Positions 20,408-29,980 of a stretch of 64,000 nucleotides of DNA are shown one piece after another; positions within the stretch are counted from its first letter, which is position 1, and each line of letters opens with the position of its first letter. A program made the translations under genes and the position numbers. The notes beneath the pieces were generated by a model. It was not told the DNA's origin. It did no database searches and worked only from the letters and a program-made list of their open reading frames with translations. The stretch comes from Candidatus Hadarchaeota archaeon (GTDB lineage Archaea; Hadarchaeota; Hadarchaeia; Hadarchaeales; JAGGTB01): NCBI GenBank assembly GCA_964384105.1, contig CAYLJV010000002.1, positions 32,001 through 96,000 on the forward strand. Direction: 5' to 3'.

Positions 20408-20959
20408 CTAGTAATACCCTGGATGGTCTCTTTTTAGGAGTCGATCTAACTCTCTAGAAAGTTCTCTCCTGAGTTCCTCTTGTCTCTCGGATATATAGCT
20501 CAAGGGACTCTTAGAAGAATAGGGACCAATCGCCATCAAACTCGGTGAGTCTGCAGAACCGAAAGGTACCGGTTCTTTTTCCATAGCTTCTCCAACTATC
20601 TTCTTCCTAAATTCGAGAAGATCTTTTTTGAACTCATCCTTTGAATCGTAATCTTCCATTCTTGGAATGTTATTAAGAAAATCCTCCGTCTCTTCCTTAC
20701 TAAACTTTCTAAATCCAAAATCAGGGAGATTTTTAACTAACTGATCTTCCTCAACCTCCAACCTTGCACCGATCCCTACCGGGTTAGGAGTATAAATAGA
20801 ATCTATCTTAAGGAAAAATGCCTCGTCACCCTGGATTATATACGCTTCGTAGAAACTGTCTTTTTCAGGCGGGGAAAGCCAAAAGCTCCATCCCTTCGGA
20901 TCCTTCTGATAGCTCTTATAAAATTCCTTCATTACCTCTTTTGCTCTCTTCTTTTTCAT
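20408..20959 (-). CDS. hypothetical protein
   Basis: 183-aa ORF with GGAGGTG RBS. Confidence 0.7.
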   Translation of the reverse strand: MKKKRAKEVMKEFYKSYQKDPKGWSFWLSPPEKDSFYEAYIIQGDEAFFLKIDSIYTPNPVGIGARLEVEEDQLVKNLPDFGFRKFSKEETEDFLNNIPRMEDYDSKDEFKKDLLEFRKKIVGEAMEKEPVPFGSADSPSLMAIGPYSSKSPLSYISERQEELRRELSRELDRLLKRDHPGYY

Positions 20960-21143
20960 TCGGACACCTCCTAGATAACTAAAAATGCGTTTTCTTTCGA
21001 TTATTAGCCTAAGTATCTGCTAGTAAATAATACTTCAGTCACCTCATGTACTGCTGAAACAAATAATTATCTAAAGATCCATAAACCCATCTCAGATTCT
21101 GTTTAAAAGAATTTTAATATGATTAAAAAAATTTGGTTAGTAG

Positions 21144-21359
21144 GTGGAACAATTGGGCAAAAAAAGTATTTCAATATCTGAGAAACTATACAAAAAGATC
21201 AAAGACAGAGTCGAAGGAACAGGATTTGAGTCTGTAGAAGAATACGTAGATTACGTTCTGAGAGAAATTGTTACTGAAGACGAAGAAGAAGAAGAATTTT
21301 CTGAAGAAGACGAAGAAAAAGTCAGAGAAAGGCTCCGAGCACTCGGTTATATGGACTAA
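21144..21359 (+). CDS. CopG/ribbon-helix-helix protein with LRALGY tail
   Basis: SISISEKLY...GFESVEEYVDYVLRE. Confidence 0.85.
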   Translation: MEQLGKKSISISEKLYKKIKDRVEGTGFESVEEYVDYVLREIVTEDEEEEEFSEEDEEKVRERLRALGYMD

Positions 21360-21463
21360 AAAAGTGAAATCGCCAGACCTAAATCAACTTCCTACTTCTA
21401 TTTTACAGCAAAACTAATTATCATCTCCTGTTTTCATGTGAACAAGTTCTTAAGCAAAGTTTT

Positions 21464-21500
21464 TAATTACAAGTAATTAGATGTTAATTATAGATAATTA
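21464..21500. promoter_or_regulatory. four phased TAATTA repeats, candidate RHH operator
   Basis: TAATTA at 21464, 21474, 21485, 21495 (spacing 10/11/10). Confidence 0.5.
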
Positions 21501-21511
21501 AAGGTAGAAAA

Positions 21512-21739
21512 ATGGGAAAGAAAAAATCCAAGAAAACCAAATTCACCACAGTCTCTATTCCGGTCCCTCTGTTCGAAAAGGCCAAAAAACAGATTGAAGG
21601 AACCGGCTTCACTTCAGTCTCAAGCTATGTAGGCTATATACTTCGCGAAGTAATCGCCAAAAGTAAAGAAAAACCATTCACCGAAGAAAGTGAAAAAGAA
21701 ATCAGAGAAAAATTGAAAGCACTTGGTTATCTGGAGTGA
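21512..21739 (+). CDS. CopG/ribbon-helix-helix protein with LKALGY tail (paralogue)
   Basis: TTVSIPVPLF...GFTSVSSYVGYILRE. Confidence 0.85.
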   Translation: MGKKKSKKTKFTTVSIPVPLFEKAKKQIEGTGFTSVSSYVGYILREVIAKSKEKPFTEESEKEIREKLKALGYLE

Positions 21740-22560
21740 TAAACGTGAAAGAAGAGAAAAGATTAAATCATCTTGACGAACTAGAAAGTGAATCGGTCTT
21801 CATCATCAGAGAGGCCTACAAAAAATATGACAACCTGGGAATGCTTTGGTCGGCCGGAAAAGACTCTACAACGCTTGCTTACCTCGCAAAGAAGGCATTT
21901 TTAGGAAAAGTACCAATTCCTGCTATCTATATAGACACAGGATATCACTTCCAAGAAATGTACGATTTTAGAGATAAACTAGCGGAAAAATGGGGCTTGA
22001 ATTTGATAAATGCAAAAAATGAAGAAGCTGATGAGGAGGGAATCACACCTGAAGACAAGCTGGATTGCTGCGGAAAAAGAAAAACAAAGGCCTTAAAGGA
22101 CATAATAGCAAAACACGGATTCGATGCGCTATTAGTTGGAATAAGAAGAGATGAGCACGGCGTTCGGGCGAAAGAACGTACCTTCAGTCCACGAGACCGA
22201 GATTTCCAGTGGAATTACAAAGATCAACCTCCCGAATTATGGGACCAGTACAAATCAGAGAAGGAATCAGGACAGCACCTCAGAGTTCACCCACTACTTT
22301 CATGGACAGAGCTCGACGTATGGAAATATATACAGAGAGAAGACCTACCGGTCAATCCACTCTATTTCGCCAAGAATGGTAAAAGATTCAGATCTCTAGG
22401 ATGTAAACCTTGCACCGACCCCGTAGAAAGCGAAGTGAAAAGCGTTGAAGGTATGATAAAAGAGGTTAAAGAAAGCGAGATCGGTGAGAGAAGTGGGAGA
22501 GCTCAGGATAAAGAGGAGGCCCATGCTATGCAAAAGCTACGAAGTTTAGGCTACATGTGA
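21736..22560 (+). CDS. cysD: sulfate adenylyltransferase subunit 2
   Basis: LDELESESVFIIRE, WSAGKDS, GIRRDE, QPPELW, RVHPL, RFRSLGC. Confidence 0.92.
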   Translation: MINVKEEKRLNHLDELESESVFIIREAYKKYDNLGMLWSAGKDSTTLAYLAKKAFLGKVPIPAIYIDTGYHFQEMYDFRDKLAEKWGLNLINAKNEEADEEGITPEDKLDCCGKRKTKALKDIIAKHGFDALLVGIRRDEHGVRAKERTFSPRDRDFQWNYKDQPPELWDQYKSEKESGQHLRVHPLLSWTELDVWKYIQREDLPVNPLYFAKNGKRFRSLGCKPCTDPVESEVKSVEGMIKEVKESEIGERSGRAQDKEEAHAMQKLRSLGYM

Positions 22561-22582
22561 GTTCAATGAAAGTGATGTAAAG

Positions 22583-23809
22583 ATGGAAGATGAAGTTTTA
22601 AGATTTGTATTGGTTGGTCATGTAGACCATGGGAAAAGTACTCTCATAGGTAGGCTCTTCTACGATACAGACTCTCTACCCGCAGGCAAATATGAGGAGA
22701 TAAAGACGGCCTGTGAGGCAATGGGGAGAGATTTCGAATTTGGATACGTGATGGACCACTTGGAAGAAGAGAGAACCCAAGGCGTAACAATTGATACTGC
22801 TCAAACTTTCTTCGATACTGACAAGAGAAGCTATAACATAATAGATGCCCCCGGCCACGTGGAGTTTGTCAAAAACATGATAACAGGCGCCAGTCAGGCG
22901 GAAGCGGCTATCCTCATAGACGATGTTTCCGAAGGCGTTCAAGAACAAACGAGAAGACACGCCTATATTCTAAGCATGTTGGGGCTAGAACAAGTAATCG
23001 TCGTCCTGAATAAAATGGACCTAGTAGGTTATGATCGAGAAAAATTCGAAGATGTCAAGAAAAAATTACTTCATTTCCTGAACTCAATTGGAATCGAACC
23101 AACTTACGTAATTCCCATCTCTGCAAAAGAAGGAGACTTCGTAGCCAAAAGAATAGAAAATTTGGGCTGGTACGATGGGCCAACAGTTCTCGAAGCTCTC
23201 GACACCTTCAAGAAAAAGCCATCACCAACAGAAAAACCACTCAGACTACCCGTTCAGGACGTCTATAAGTTCAATGATACTCGTGCCGCTGTTGGAAAAG
23301 TAGAAAGTGGGATAATAAGAGAAGGAGACGAGATATTGGTAATGCCCGGAAATAGGAAAACAACCGTAAAAAAACTCGTCGAATACAACCGGGAACCCAC
23401 AGAAGCCATAGCTGGAAAAAGTATAGGTATCTCCACTTCGGATAAACTATTCCTAGATCGAGGAAATGTGATCTCCGATCCAGAGAACCCCCCCAGGATA
23501 ACTGACACCATCAAAGGTCACATATTTTGGATGGATGAAAAACCCTACGAGAATGGCGAAAGAATAAAATTCAAATGCTCAACACAAGAGGTCATGAGCG
23601 AGTTAGAAATAGAAGAAGTGCTAGACTCTTCGACCCTCGAAGTCGTTAGTGAAAACGGAGGCAATAGAATAGAAAACCGGCAAATAGCAAATGTTATCAT
23701 TAAGACCTCAAAGGCCGTGGTAATTGAGAACTTTAATAATATTCAAGGCCTTGGAAGGTTCGTTCTCGAAAGAAAAGACACCTGCGCAGGCGGGATAATA
23801 ACCGAGTAG
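22583..23809 (+). CDS. cysN: sulfate adenylyltransferase subunit 1 (GTPase)
   Basis: GHVDHGKSTLIGRL, QGVTID, DAPGH, NKMD; directly follows cysD. Confidence 0.9.
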   Translation: MEDEVLRFVLVGHVDHGKSTLIGRLFYDTDSLPAGKYEEIKTACEAMGRDFEFGYVMDHLEEERTQGVTIDTAQTFFDTDKRSYNIIDAPGHVEFVKNMITGASQAEAAILIDDVSEGVQEQTRRHAYILSMLGLEQVIVVLNKMDLVGYDREKFEDVKKKLLHFLNSIGIEPTYVIPISAKEGDFVAKRIENLGWYDGPTVLEALDTFKKKPSPTEKPLRLPVQDVYKFNDTRAAVGKVESGIIREGDEILVMPGNRKTTVKKLVEYNREPTEAIAGKSIGISTSDKLFLDRGNVISDPENPPRITDTIKGHIFWMDEKPYENGERIKFKCSTQEVMSELEIEEVLDSSTLEVVSENGGNRIENRQIANVIIKTSKAVVIENFNNIQGLGRFVLERKDTCAGGIITE

Positions 23810-23819
23810 GTGCTTAGAA

Positions 23820-24548
23820 ATGACCGTAGTATTTGCCATAGACGCCCTTGAATACAAAAAAGTCGAAGATTTTGATTGTAAAAACTTAAAGCAAACGACT
23901 TATGGTAAAACCGATATCTCCGAGTTTGATCAGCCTAGAACGATGGTTCTTTGGAGTTCATTTATGACCGGCGAAAACAAAGAAGACGAGATCCTAGCGA
24001 AAGGAGATAAGGAGATGTGGAACACCAAATTTTCAATAGAGGATACCTTCTTCTCGAGTTTCGGAGATCCAAAAATAATAGATCTCCCTGGCTTTTCATA
24101 CGATCGAGAACAGCATGAAAAAGAAAGAGAACTTCTGAAGAAATTTTTCGAAGAAACAAATGATAAAGATCAAAAGAAGGAGATAAGAAAAGAGTATAAC
24201 CAACATGGACTAAAACACCATAGAAAAATAAAAGAAGAATTTCTAGAGTCCCTAGAGGCCGACCATGACTTCTTGCTCGGATATTTCTCGGCCGCGGATG
24301 TCGTAGGCCATCTAAATTTTGGAAACAATACTCTCATGAAAATGATATACGAAGACCTCGACGATATCGCATTAGAAATAAAGAAAATAAGAGATGACCA
24401 CATACTTGTTCTCTCGGATCATGGAATGAAAGGAGTAGGTATGTTTGGAGACCACAGTGATTATGGTTTTTGGTCATTTAATAGCAAATGTGAATTAGAA
24501 ACCCCAAAATTAACAGATTTTGCTGATTTTCTAAAAAAATTAGACTAA
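23820..24548 (+). CDS. alkaline phosphatase superfamily protein
   Basis: AIDAL, WSSFMTG, DVVGH, LSDHG, GDH. Confidence 0.8.
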   Translation: MTVVFAIDALEYKKVEDFDCKNLKQTTYGKTDISEFDQPRTMVLWSSFMTGENKEDEILAKGDKEMWNTKFSIEDTFFSSFGDPKIIDLPGFSYDREQHEKERELLKKFFEETNDKDQKKEIRKEYNQHGLKHHRKIKEEFLESLEADHDFLLGYFSAADVVGHLNFGNNTLMKMIYEDLDDIALEIKKIRDDHILVLSDHGMKGVGMFGDHSDYGFWSFNSKCELETPKLTDFADFLKKLD

Positions 24549-24563
24549 AATTGTAGATAATAC

Positions 24564-24968
24564 TTAAAGAGACCTCACTTTTCTCTTAATCTTCTCAAAA
24601 GCATCTCCAGATTTTACCTCAGGGTTTATAGGATCCTCTATATCCCAATTTTTTATTTTATCCGAGGAAATCTGAAAGTTATCCACCAGATATCTCATGT
24701 GATCCTCTTCCATAACTACCACAGAATCTACCCTTTCCAAAACTCTTTCCTTTATTGGCTCTGGTTCCTTTTTAGCATGCATCGAAGCATCTTCGTTCTC
24801 TAAAAGAGACATAGCACTGTCAGAGATTCTGCTCGCCGGGTGTGTACCTGCCGAACTCACCCTTACTTTGGGCTTGTACTTTTTTGTCAAAGCCTCAGCC
24901 ACAGGACTCCGGAAGCTATTCCCTGTACACACGTAAAGAACTCTAATACTCTCACCTCCTTTCAACAT
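24564..24968 (-). CDS. low-molecular-weight phosphatase / arsenate reductase ArsC family
   Basis: VCTGNSFRS, SAGT, WDIEDP; internal AGGAGGTGA suggests an ATT start at 24947. Confidence 0.9.
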   Translation of the reverse strand: MLKGGESIRVLYVCTGNSFRSPVAEALTKKYKPKVRVSSAGTHPASRISDSAMSLLENEDASMHAKKEPEPIKERVLERVDSVVVMEEDHMRYLVDNFQISSDKIKNWDIEDPINPEVKSGDAFEKIKRKVRSL

Positions 24969-25006
24969 TAGTGGTCAAGATAAAATCCTTTCTCATCAAA
25001 TCTGAA

Positions 25007-25177
25007 CTAATTCCCCTTTCTCCACTCTATCTTTTCCTCAAGATCTTCGGCATGAGGTGGACATATCCAAGCAACTTCCTCACCTTTAATTTTCTTCTTA
25101 GTCAAGCGAAGCCTCCCTTTAGCCTTCTGAGAAAAAGTATTTTTACATCCTTTTATGTCACAAACTTTCTCACTCAA
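25007..25177 (-). CDS. 56-aa putative zinc-finger microprotein (not in ORF track)
   Basis: GGAGGTGA RBS, TTG start: MSEKVCDIKGCKN...AWICPPHAEDLEEKIEWRKGN*. Confidence 0.7.
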   Translation of the reverse strand: MSEKVCDIKGCKNTFSQKAKGRLRLTKKKIKGEEVAWICPPHAEDLEEKIEWRKGN

Positions 25178-25342
25178 AGTATCACCTCCAATACAAATTT
25201 AAGATCCTCTTAAGTATTCTCAGGAGTGGTTAAAACTTTCCTCAAATCGAAAAATTGAAACCAAAAATTAAAGAAAACTCAGGTTAGTTTAGAAAATACT
25301 TTTATATTTTGCAGAAAAGTGTGGAAAGGCGGGATGCTCTAG

Positions 25343-25603
25343 ATGATTAAAGTACACGAGATCGGTGGAACAAAAACAATGAAGTGCCCTCAATGTAACA
25401 GTTGGATGAAATACATTAGTTGTTGGGAGGAATCCTACTTCCTCTGCATGAAGTGCAACCAAGTAGAATTCGAAGTCAGGCAAACCCAAGAAAATGACTG
25501 TGAACTTTGCAGGCACTTTGGTAGCTGTAAAAACAAATGGGACATGGAAAATCTACATGGCTCACTTGCAACATGGTGCGAGGATTTTGAAATCGCTCAT
25601 TAA
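25343..25603 (+). CDS. Cys-rich zinc-ribbon protein
   Basis: CPQC, CMKC, CELCRHFGSC, WC. Confidence 0.65.
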   Translation: MIKVHEIGGTKTMKCPQCNSWMKYISCWEESYFLCMKCNQVEFEVRQTQENDCELCRHFGSCKNKWDMENLHGSLATWCEDFEIAH

Positions 25604-25670
25604 AACCGTTACCTAAAATATTATTCCAATAAACGGACAAATAGATTTGAAATAGTCCGAGGCTGGTCGA

Positions 25671-25877
25671 TTGGAAAACAGGAACGAGGAGCGATTATTT
25701 TCAATAAAAGCGTTGCTAATCCTGATAATCGGTGCCATTATTATTAGTTCAATTGCCCATATTCTCCCCGGAGAAACTATATCCGAAACCTACGGGTTCC
25801 TGATTAGATCAATTTTGCTTGTAGGATCGATTTTATTCATTCTCTTCGTAATCCACTATCTTTCAGGCGGGCTATAG
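25671..25877 (+). CDS. small 2-TM membrane protein
   Basis: Two hydrophobic helices. Confidence 0.6.
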   Translation: MENRNEERLFSIKALLILIIGAIIISSIAHILPGETISETYGFLIRSILLVGSILFILFVIHYLSGGL

Positions 25878-25909
25878 CTCATCCTTTTAAAACCGATATT
25901 TGGAGAAAG

Positions 25910-25983
25910 CGGGCCCGGAGGGACTCGAACCCCCGACCTACGGCTTAGAAGGCCGTCGCTCTATCCAGCTGAGCTACGGGCCC
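25910..25983 (-). tRNA. tRNA-Arg(TCT)
   Basis: GGGCCCG acceptor stem, ACGGC-CTTCTAA-GCCGT anticodon arm, GGTTCGAGTCC T-arm. Confidence 0.95.
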
Positions 25984-26165
25984 CGCAGGTAACCTAATAG
26001 CACACCCAAAGTTAAGTTTTAGCCTTTTCAAGTGCTCGCAAATTTTCGAGCAAGCACTAACAAAATTCGCAAACTTGAAATAAAAACTAGCAACCTACAA
26101 AAACGTACAATCCATGTCAATCATTCAATAATTTTAAGAAGTACTATTATTGCCCATTAATTGCA

Positions 26166-27086
26166 TTGGGAGACCCTAAAATGTTCCTAGAAGTCATCTT
26201 ACCGATCCTAGTACTACTCGTTGTAGGTCTAATAGGCAGAAAAATAAACCTGATTACACCCTGGATAGTAAAAGTTCTCAACAAAGTTGCGTTCTACATA
26301 GGGCTACCCGCCTTGGTCTTTTATTCGATATACTCGAGAACACTTGCAGAAATATTCTCTCCATTCCTGATTCTGGGGTTTTTTGCAACACTTTTCGCTA
26401 TGTTCGGAATAGGATGGATCACATTCAAAGGTGTAAAAGACAAAGCGAAAAAGAGCATATCTATAGCTCAATCCTATCATGGTAATCTCGGTTATATGGG
26501 ACTCCCGATAGTGACTATGGCGTTTGGAGATATAGCAGGAGCAAAGGCCAGTCTACTATTAGGGCTTGGCTCCACCACACAGATACCCCTAACTATAATC
26601 TTGTTAGTACATCTCAACAGTATAAGAACAGATACCTCCCATAAAATAGAACAGGTCGCCACCAATCCGATTTTAATAGCCCTCATTTTGGGCCTCATAT
26701 TCTCCTTTTTCAGCATACCTATAGCAGGCACTCTTGATAGTCTCCTCGCTTTCTTATCCGAAATGGCTCTTCCAATAGCGTTACTGGCAGTAGGAGCCTC
26801 TATAAGCATAGATAAACTAGGAGGGAAATTACGGTCTGTTTCCGGCGTAGTCGGTTCAAAACTAGTCCTAATGCCGTTCTTGGGATGTATTATACTTTCG
26901 ATACTAGGGGTGGGAGCAATGGACCTAAGAGCTGGCGTATTAATGCTGGGAATGCCTACAGCCGTATCTACATTCATATATGCGAAGGAACTAGGAGGGG
27001 ACCCAGAACTCGCCTCTCTCAGCGTTTCTATGACTACCGTGCTCTCTATAATTTCCATTTCAGTGTTACTGATAATCTTCGGCTGA
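26166..27086 (+). CDS. AEC (auxin efflux carrier) family transporter
   Basis: GLPALVF, GNLGYMGLP, NPIL, MPTA; about 10 TM helices. Confidence 0.9.
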   Translation: MGDPKMFLEVILPILVLLVVGLIGRKINLITPWIVKVLNKVAFYIGLPALVFYSIYSRTLAEIFSPFLILGFFATLFAMFGIGWITFKGVKDKAKKSISIAQSYHGNLGYMGLPIVTMAFGDIAGAKASLLLGLGSTTQIPLTIILLVHLNSIRTDTSHKIEQVATNPILIALILGLIFSFFSIPIAGTLDSLLAFLSEMALPIALLAVGASISIDKLGGKLRSVSGVVGSKLVLMPFLGCIILSILGVGAMDLRAGVLMLGMPTAVSTFIYAKELGGDPELASLSVSMTTVLSIISISVLLIIFG

Positions 27087-27163
27087 TCAAAACTAAAATT
27101 CAATTGTGGAAAAATCGAAAATCTTTAACTTATAGAAAAAGGGAGAATATTCAGGTGGTCCAA

Positions 27164-28522
27164 ATAGGAGAATTATTCGGCACCTTTGGAATAAGAAAAA
27201 TCGCAAATAAAGAACTATCACCAGAGCTCGCCTACGAGCTTGGACTGGCCCTAGCTACTCACCTTGGGGGAAATGGAAATGTAGCTGTAGGTTATGATCC
27301 CCGAACTAGTAGTGTTATGCTAGAACATGCAATTGTCAGTGGAATAAATTCTGGAGGTTGTGATGCAATTAGACTTGGAATGGTTCCGACTCCCGTACTT
27401 TCCTTCGGAACAAAGCATTTTTCCTGCGACGCTGGGATAATGATAACCGCTTCACATAACCCACCGGAATATAATGGAGTCAAATTTTGGGATGAAGATG
27501 GAGCCGGATTTGTTAGAGAACTCGAAGGAAAAATAGAGAAAATAGTCTCGGAAGGGGGTAAACCCGTAAGCTGGGATAAAATAGGAAACTCCGAAAAATT
27601 CAACGCCTTGGCACCTTACAAAGAAAAGATTATTGAAAGAGTCCCCGAGTTTGAGAAAAAACTGAAAGTAGTTTTGGACTGTGCAAACGGTGCAGGTTGT
27701 GTAATCTCACCGCATATCCTAAGAGAACTCGGATGCAAAGTGGTGACCTTAAATTCCCAACCCGATGGACACTTCCCCGGCCGTGCTCCCGAACCAACTC
27801 CCGAAAATATTCAAGATCTGTCAAAGGCCGTAGTCTCTATGGATGCAGACCTAGGTATTGCACATGACGGCGATGCAGATAGGACTATCATAGTTGATGA
27901 GAAGGGTGAAGTTCTGACAGGAGATAGGGTCTTCGCACTTGCGGCGATAAATTATCTTCAGGAGAAGAACAAGCCTAGAATAGTGACTCCTGTAGCTACT
28001 AGCTCCCTAATCGATGATGTAGCAAATAAACTGAACGGGAAAGTCGTGAGAACAAAAGTGGGAGAACCTGAACTCGTTAGAGAAATCAGAGACGGCGGAG
28101 GAGATATAGCAGGAGAGGAAAACGGAGGCGTTATCTACCCAGACTGGGCATTTTGTAGAGAAGGAATTATGACCGCCATCCAATTCATAGATTACATGGC
28201 AAGAACCGGAAAAACCGTATCCGAGTTAAATGAGACTCTTCCCCAATACTATCAATCGAAAAAGAAAGTAGAATGCCCAAACGATTTGAAAAAGACCGTT
28301 CTCAAGGATCTAGCAGAAAAACTGGATGATCACAATATCGACAAAACCGATGGGTTAAGAATAGTCTTCGAAGAGGGCTGGCTGTTACTGAGACCCTCCG
28401 GTACCGAGCCCATATTCAGATGTTTTTCAGAAGCAAAGTCTGAGGAAAAAGTAAAAGAACTATCAGAAAAAGGAATGAAACTCCTCAAAGAAAGCGTAAA
28501 AGAAGCGAAAAAGAAAAAATAG
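27164..28522 (+). CDS. glmM: phosphoglucosamine mutase / phosphomannomutase-phosphoglucomutase
   Basis: GELFGTFGIR, ITASHNPPEYNG, HDGDADR, GEENGG, RPSGTEP; start at ATA 27164 (or GTG 27155), not 26885. Confidence 0.85.
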   Translation: MGELFGTFGIRKIANKELSPELAYELGLALATHLGGNGNVAVGYDPRTSSVMLEHAIVSGINSGGCDAIRLGMVPTPVLSFGTKHFSCDAGIMITASHNPPEYNGVKFWDEDGAGFVRELEGKIEKIVSEGGKPVSWDKIGNSEKFNALAPYKEKIIERVPEFEKKLKVVLDCANGAGCVISPHILRELGCKVVTLNSQPDGHFPGRAPEPTPENIQDLSKAVVSMDADLGIAHDGDADRTIIVDEKGEVLTGDRVFALAAINYLQEKNKPRIVTPVATSSLIDDVANKLNGKVVRTKVGEPELVREIRDGGGDIAGEENGGVIYPDWAFCREGIMTAIQFIDYMARTGKTVSELNETLPQYYQSKKKVECPNDLKKTVLKDLAEKLDDHNIDKTDGLRIVFEEGWLLLRPSGTEPIFRCFSEAKSEEKVKELSEKGMKLLKESVKEAKKKK

Positions 28523-28524
28523 TA

Positions 28525-28965
28525 TCAGAGATCTTTTTCCGAAATAACTTCTATCCCATTTCTTCTAAGAAGCGCCGCAGTTACCCCCATCCCCTTCTCT
28601 TTCTCAGTAAAACTCTTAGGAAATTTAGAAGAACCACAAGAAGGACTTTCACTCTTCAAAATGGCCTTATTTATCCCGTATATCTCCGCTATTTTGAGAG
28701 TTTCTTCAGCACCCCTAACGAACTTCATAGTAACATCTCCCCACCCCCTCATAATCACCTTCCCCTCTCCGTCCAAAACCTTCTCTCCACCCTCTGGTAC
28801 TATGGAAGGATCTCTAGGAGTAGGGAGTCCTCCAAGCTGTTCGGGACAGACCGGAATAGCGCACTCTCCTTCCTTCTTCAGCATCTCGAGCAGTTTCTCA
28901 TTCCTATTATTTTCACTATCGTATCTACAATTGATGCCCATTAAACAAGCGCTAACTAGTATCAT
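28525..28965 (-). CDS. DUF523 / 2-thiouracil desulfurase (TudS-like)
   Basis: VSACLMG.CRYD, PVCPEQLGGLPTPR, SPSCG. Confidence 0.9.
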   Translation of the reverse strand: MILVSACLMGINCRYDSENNRNEKLLEMLKKEGECAIPVCPEQLGGLPTPRDPSIVPEGGEKVLDGEGKVIMRGWGDVTMKFVRGAEETLKIAEIYGINKAILKSESPSCGSSKFPKSFTEKEKGMGVTAALLRRNGIEVISEKDL

Positions 28966-29015
28966 TCAATTACAGTTTCCTCTTCATAAGTAAATAAAAG
29001 ATTACCAGTTAGATC

Positions 29016-29900
29016 CTATTTTTCTATCTCCATTACTCTACAAAACTTACACACTCTAGTAGCAGTTGGATAACCACAATTCTCACAATTTCGGATTCCT
29101 TCCTTATCTCTTCCCATTTTCTCCTCGATTCTTATAAACGACTTAGCAAAGTTCCGCAATATCCCAGGTTTATCTGAATCTAACTTATGTAACCATTCTT
29201 TCAGCTCGTTTGTTGGAGACTCAAGACTGAGCGGACATACTCCATGATAGTAAGGAAGGTCGTTAGTTTCAGCATAAACAAGACATTCCCGGTCCTTCAA
29301 AAAATAAAGAGGTTTGACCCTTGCAGCCATTTTATATTCTTCTATCTCCTCCAAAACAGGTTTCAATCCTCTGAAAGGAGTCAGATAAACATTTGCCAAG
29401 TTGTTAAAAGTAGAAGTGACTTGATCACTCAGATTATGCCCAGTACAAACGTAATCAAAGCCATTTTCGTAAGCGAACTTGTTCATTAAATATCTCTTAA
29501 TCATTCCACAAAGGCCACACGATTTACCTTTACGTTCATTATTAACTTCGGGAATGGTTTTTCCGTACTCTTCCTTCAGGTCAATAACGTTAAAATCCAG
29601 ATCGAGATAATCGCTTAACTGCTCACTTACTTCCAAAGACTCTTCTGAATAACTACCGATCCCAAGATCAATATGAAAGAGCTCGACATCTATACGATCG
29701 TAATGGGTTAACGTCTCCGCGCAGACACTCGAATCCTTTCCAGCAGATAAAGCTACTGCAATCTTCCCGCTAACCTCATATTTATCTAGAACTTTTCCTA
29801 CCTGGGCCAAAAAATATCTTCTGAAATGGTTGGCACAATATTTTTTATTCTTCCACTTAATTTCCACAACGGCCGATTCTTGACAGTTTGAACAATTCAT
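29016..29900 (-). CDS. tRNA 2-thiolation PP-loop ATPase (TtuA/Ncs6/TtcA family)
   Basis: N-terminal CxxC...CxxH, SAGKDS, CGLCG, TGHNL, CP, C-terminal CxxC/CxxC. Confidence 0.85.
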   Translation of the reverse strand: MNCSNCQESAVVEIKWKNKKYCANHFRRYFLAQVGKVLDKYEVSGKIAVALSAGKDSSVCAETLTHYDRIDVELFHIDLGIGSYSEESLEVSEQLSDYLDLDFNVIDLKEEYGKTIPEVNNERKGKSCGLCGMIKRYLMNKFAYENGFDYVCTGHNLSDQVTSTFNNLANVYLTPFRGLKPVLEEIEEYKMAARVKPLYFLKDRECLVYAETNDLPYYHGVCPLSLESPTNELKEWLHKLDSDKPGILRNFAKSFIRIEEKMGRDKEGIRNCENCGYPTATRVCKFCRVMEIEK

Positions 29901-29980
29901 ACCTCTTTCTAAACCTCGTAGTTTGAAAAATAGTATCAATACGTATATAATTACTATCTAATTTTTCCTACAGTGAAAGT

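Noticed and set aside
26885-27163. Apparent 93-aa N-terminal extension of the phosphohexomutase
   Set aside because: It overlaps the AEC transporter gene; RBS and homology place the start at 27155-27164.
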